Below are positions 62,370 through 64,000 of a stretch of 64,000 nt of DNA, one piece after another. This DNA comes from an uncultured Actinomycetota bacterium (GTDB lineage Bacteria > Actinomycetota > Actinomycetes > Propionibacteriales > Nocardioidaceae), in the NCBI GenBank assembly GCA_963774575.1, contig CAVZFO010000021.1:7315-71314 (forward strand). Reading direction: 5' to 3'. The position numbers were made by a program, and so were the translations under genes. The first letter of the stretch is position 1. Each line of letters begins with the position of its first letter. The notes below the pieces were generated by a model that was not told the DNA's origin, made no database searches, and worked only from the letters and a program-made list of their open reading frames with translations.

Positions 62370-63797
62370 GCCATCACGGGGCCATCATCGCGTCGGCCGG
62401 CGTTGCGGTCGTCCCTGTCGGTGCCGGAGAGGCCCGGGTCACCTGCGCCGGAGCCGGCGTCCCGCGGCCGTTGACCATGTGGAAGAAGACGATGACCAGG
62501 ATCGTGCCGAGCGCGATGCCGGACAGCGAGAAGTCGTCGGTGATCTGGAGGCTGACGCCGCCGATGCCGGCGATGATGCCCGCCGACGAGGCCGACCAGG
62601 TTGACCGGGTCGCCGAAGTCGACGCCGTTCTCGACCCAGATCTTGGCGCCGAGCAGGCCGATCATGCCGTAGAGCACCACGGTGATGCCGCCGAGCACGC
62701 CGCCCGGGGTGGCGTTGACGATGGCGCCGAACTTCGGGCAGAGACCGAGCAGGATCGCGACGGTCGCGGCGACGTAGTAGGCGGCCGTCGAGTAGACCCT
62801 GGTGGCCCCCATGACGCCGATGTTCTCGGCGTACGTCGTGGTCGGCGATCCGCCGAACGCGCTGGCGAGCGCGGTGCCGAGACCGTCGGCGGCGATGGCG
62901 CGGCCCATGTACGGGGTCGAGGTCGGTCTTGGTCATCTCGGCGACGGCCTTGACGTGGCCGGTGTTCTCGGCGATCAGCGCGATCACGCCGGGCAGCGCC
63001 AGCAGGATGAACGTCGAGCGAGAAGCTCGGCGCCGTGCACGACGGAGACGCCGTCGGCGAGGGTCGCCGCTCGGGAAGCCGACCCAGTCGGCGGCCTTCA
63101 CGCCCGCCCAGCTGACGCGGTCGTGCTCGGCGGGCTCGGCGGCGCCGGCCGGCAGCGAGTTGATCGGGCCGAACAGGGCGTCGGCGAGCCAGGACAACAG
63201 GTAGCCGAAGATCAGCGCGAGGAACACCGCGATGCGGGACCAGAAGCCCGGGCAGCGTCGACGGCGGCGAAGACCATGAACGCCGCCGTGAGCAGCGCGA
63301 TCCACTGGTCCTGCGGCCAGTAGATGCCGGCGACCACGGGCGCCAGGTTGAAGCCGATCAGCATGACGACCGCGCCGGTCACGGCGGGCGGCAGGATCCG
63401 GTGGATCCAGTGCGCGCCGGCGAAGTGCACGATGCACGCCGACGAGCGGCGAGCACGAGCGCCGCCGACCAGGATCGCGCCGGTGACGTCGGCGGAGTCC
63501 CCGCCCTGGGCCCGGATCGCCGCGACGCTCGCCACGAAGGAGGCGCTGGTGCCGAGGTAGCTGGGCACCTTGTTGGCGCAGATCAGCAGGAACATGATCG
63601 TGCAGATGCCCGAGAACATGATCGCGAGGTTGGGGTCCAGCCCCATCACGAGCGGGAACACGAACGTCGCCCCGAACATGGCCACGACGTGCTGGGCGCC
63701 GAGCCCGACCGTCTTGCCCCACGCCAGCCGCTGGTGCGGGGCGACCGGCCTCCCCGGGCGCCGGATCGACTACTTCCCACTTGAACATCGACGACAT
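62366..63797 (-). CDS. NCS2 nucleobase (uracil/xanthine) permease (frameshifted)
   Basis: GAQHVVAMFGAT, VPSYLGTSASF, ENTGHVKAV, PTTTYAENIGV..TRVYS, PKFGA..P.GVLGG. Confidence 0.9.
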
Positions 63798-64000
63798 GGT
63801 CGGCCCCTTCCCTTGGGTGTCGATCCCTGCTGATCAGCCCCGAGAACCCACAACGTAGTGAGCCGCCATCACACACCCTCGACAGCGAAATACTGCCGAA
63901 GGAACGCCGGTGCCGACTGGCAGGACGTTGCGGCGCACGGGCGCGCCGTGAATCGCCGCGACGGTCCCGGGCGGGCCTCAGCCGGCGATGTCGAGGACCC

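Noticed and set aside
1-64000. CRISPR array or cas genes
   Set aside because: No regularly spaced direct repeats with unique spacers and no Cas-like ORFs seen.

Overview
High-GC actinobacterial chromosome. Gene content and REP-like repeats suggest a Nocardioides-like organism (inference). Many conserved genes carry scattered 1-nt frameshifts, most likely long-read assembly errors, so coordinates of those genes are approximate. Layout: (1) 1-8600 is a decaying island at the 3' side of an initiator tRNA-Met. It carries a PIG-L deacetylase/TetR pair, a PPOX-family gene, DinB, an acyltransferase + ThiF-nitroreductase pair (Rv1356c/Rv1355c- or OxzAB-like), and IS481, LuxR and excisionase remnants. 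(2) 8700-34800 is the conserved actinobacterial block UPF0182, PDZ protease, moaE, whiB7/wblC with its attenuator, uvrD2, mrx1, nudC, deoD, adnAB. It also holds an off-origin DnaA-box cluster in front of a candidate sRNA. (3) 34800-64000 holds transporters, regulators and a dispersed minus-strand pyrimidine-oxidation gene set: NCS2 permease, Mo-hydroxylase M/S/L, CoxG, amidase, MOSC, nitrilase, hydantoinase/oxoprolinase A/B, carbamate kinase and barbiturase. The most striking unexplained signal is two diverged ~190-nt structured ncRNA genes flanking the MOSC gene (54885-55075 and 56091-56272, minus strand). They share covarying tetraloop hairpins, a predicted pseudoknot, an invariant Met-anticodon-like loop in the 3' hairpin, a conserved promoter, and an identically phased upstream array of DnaA-box-like sites.
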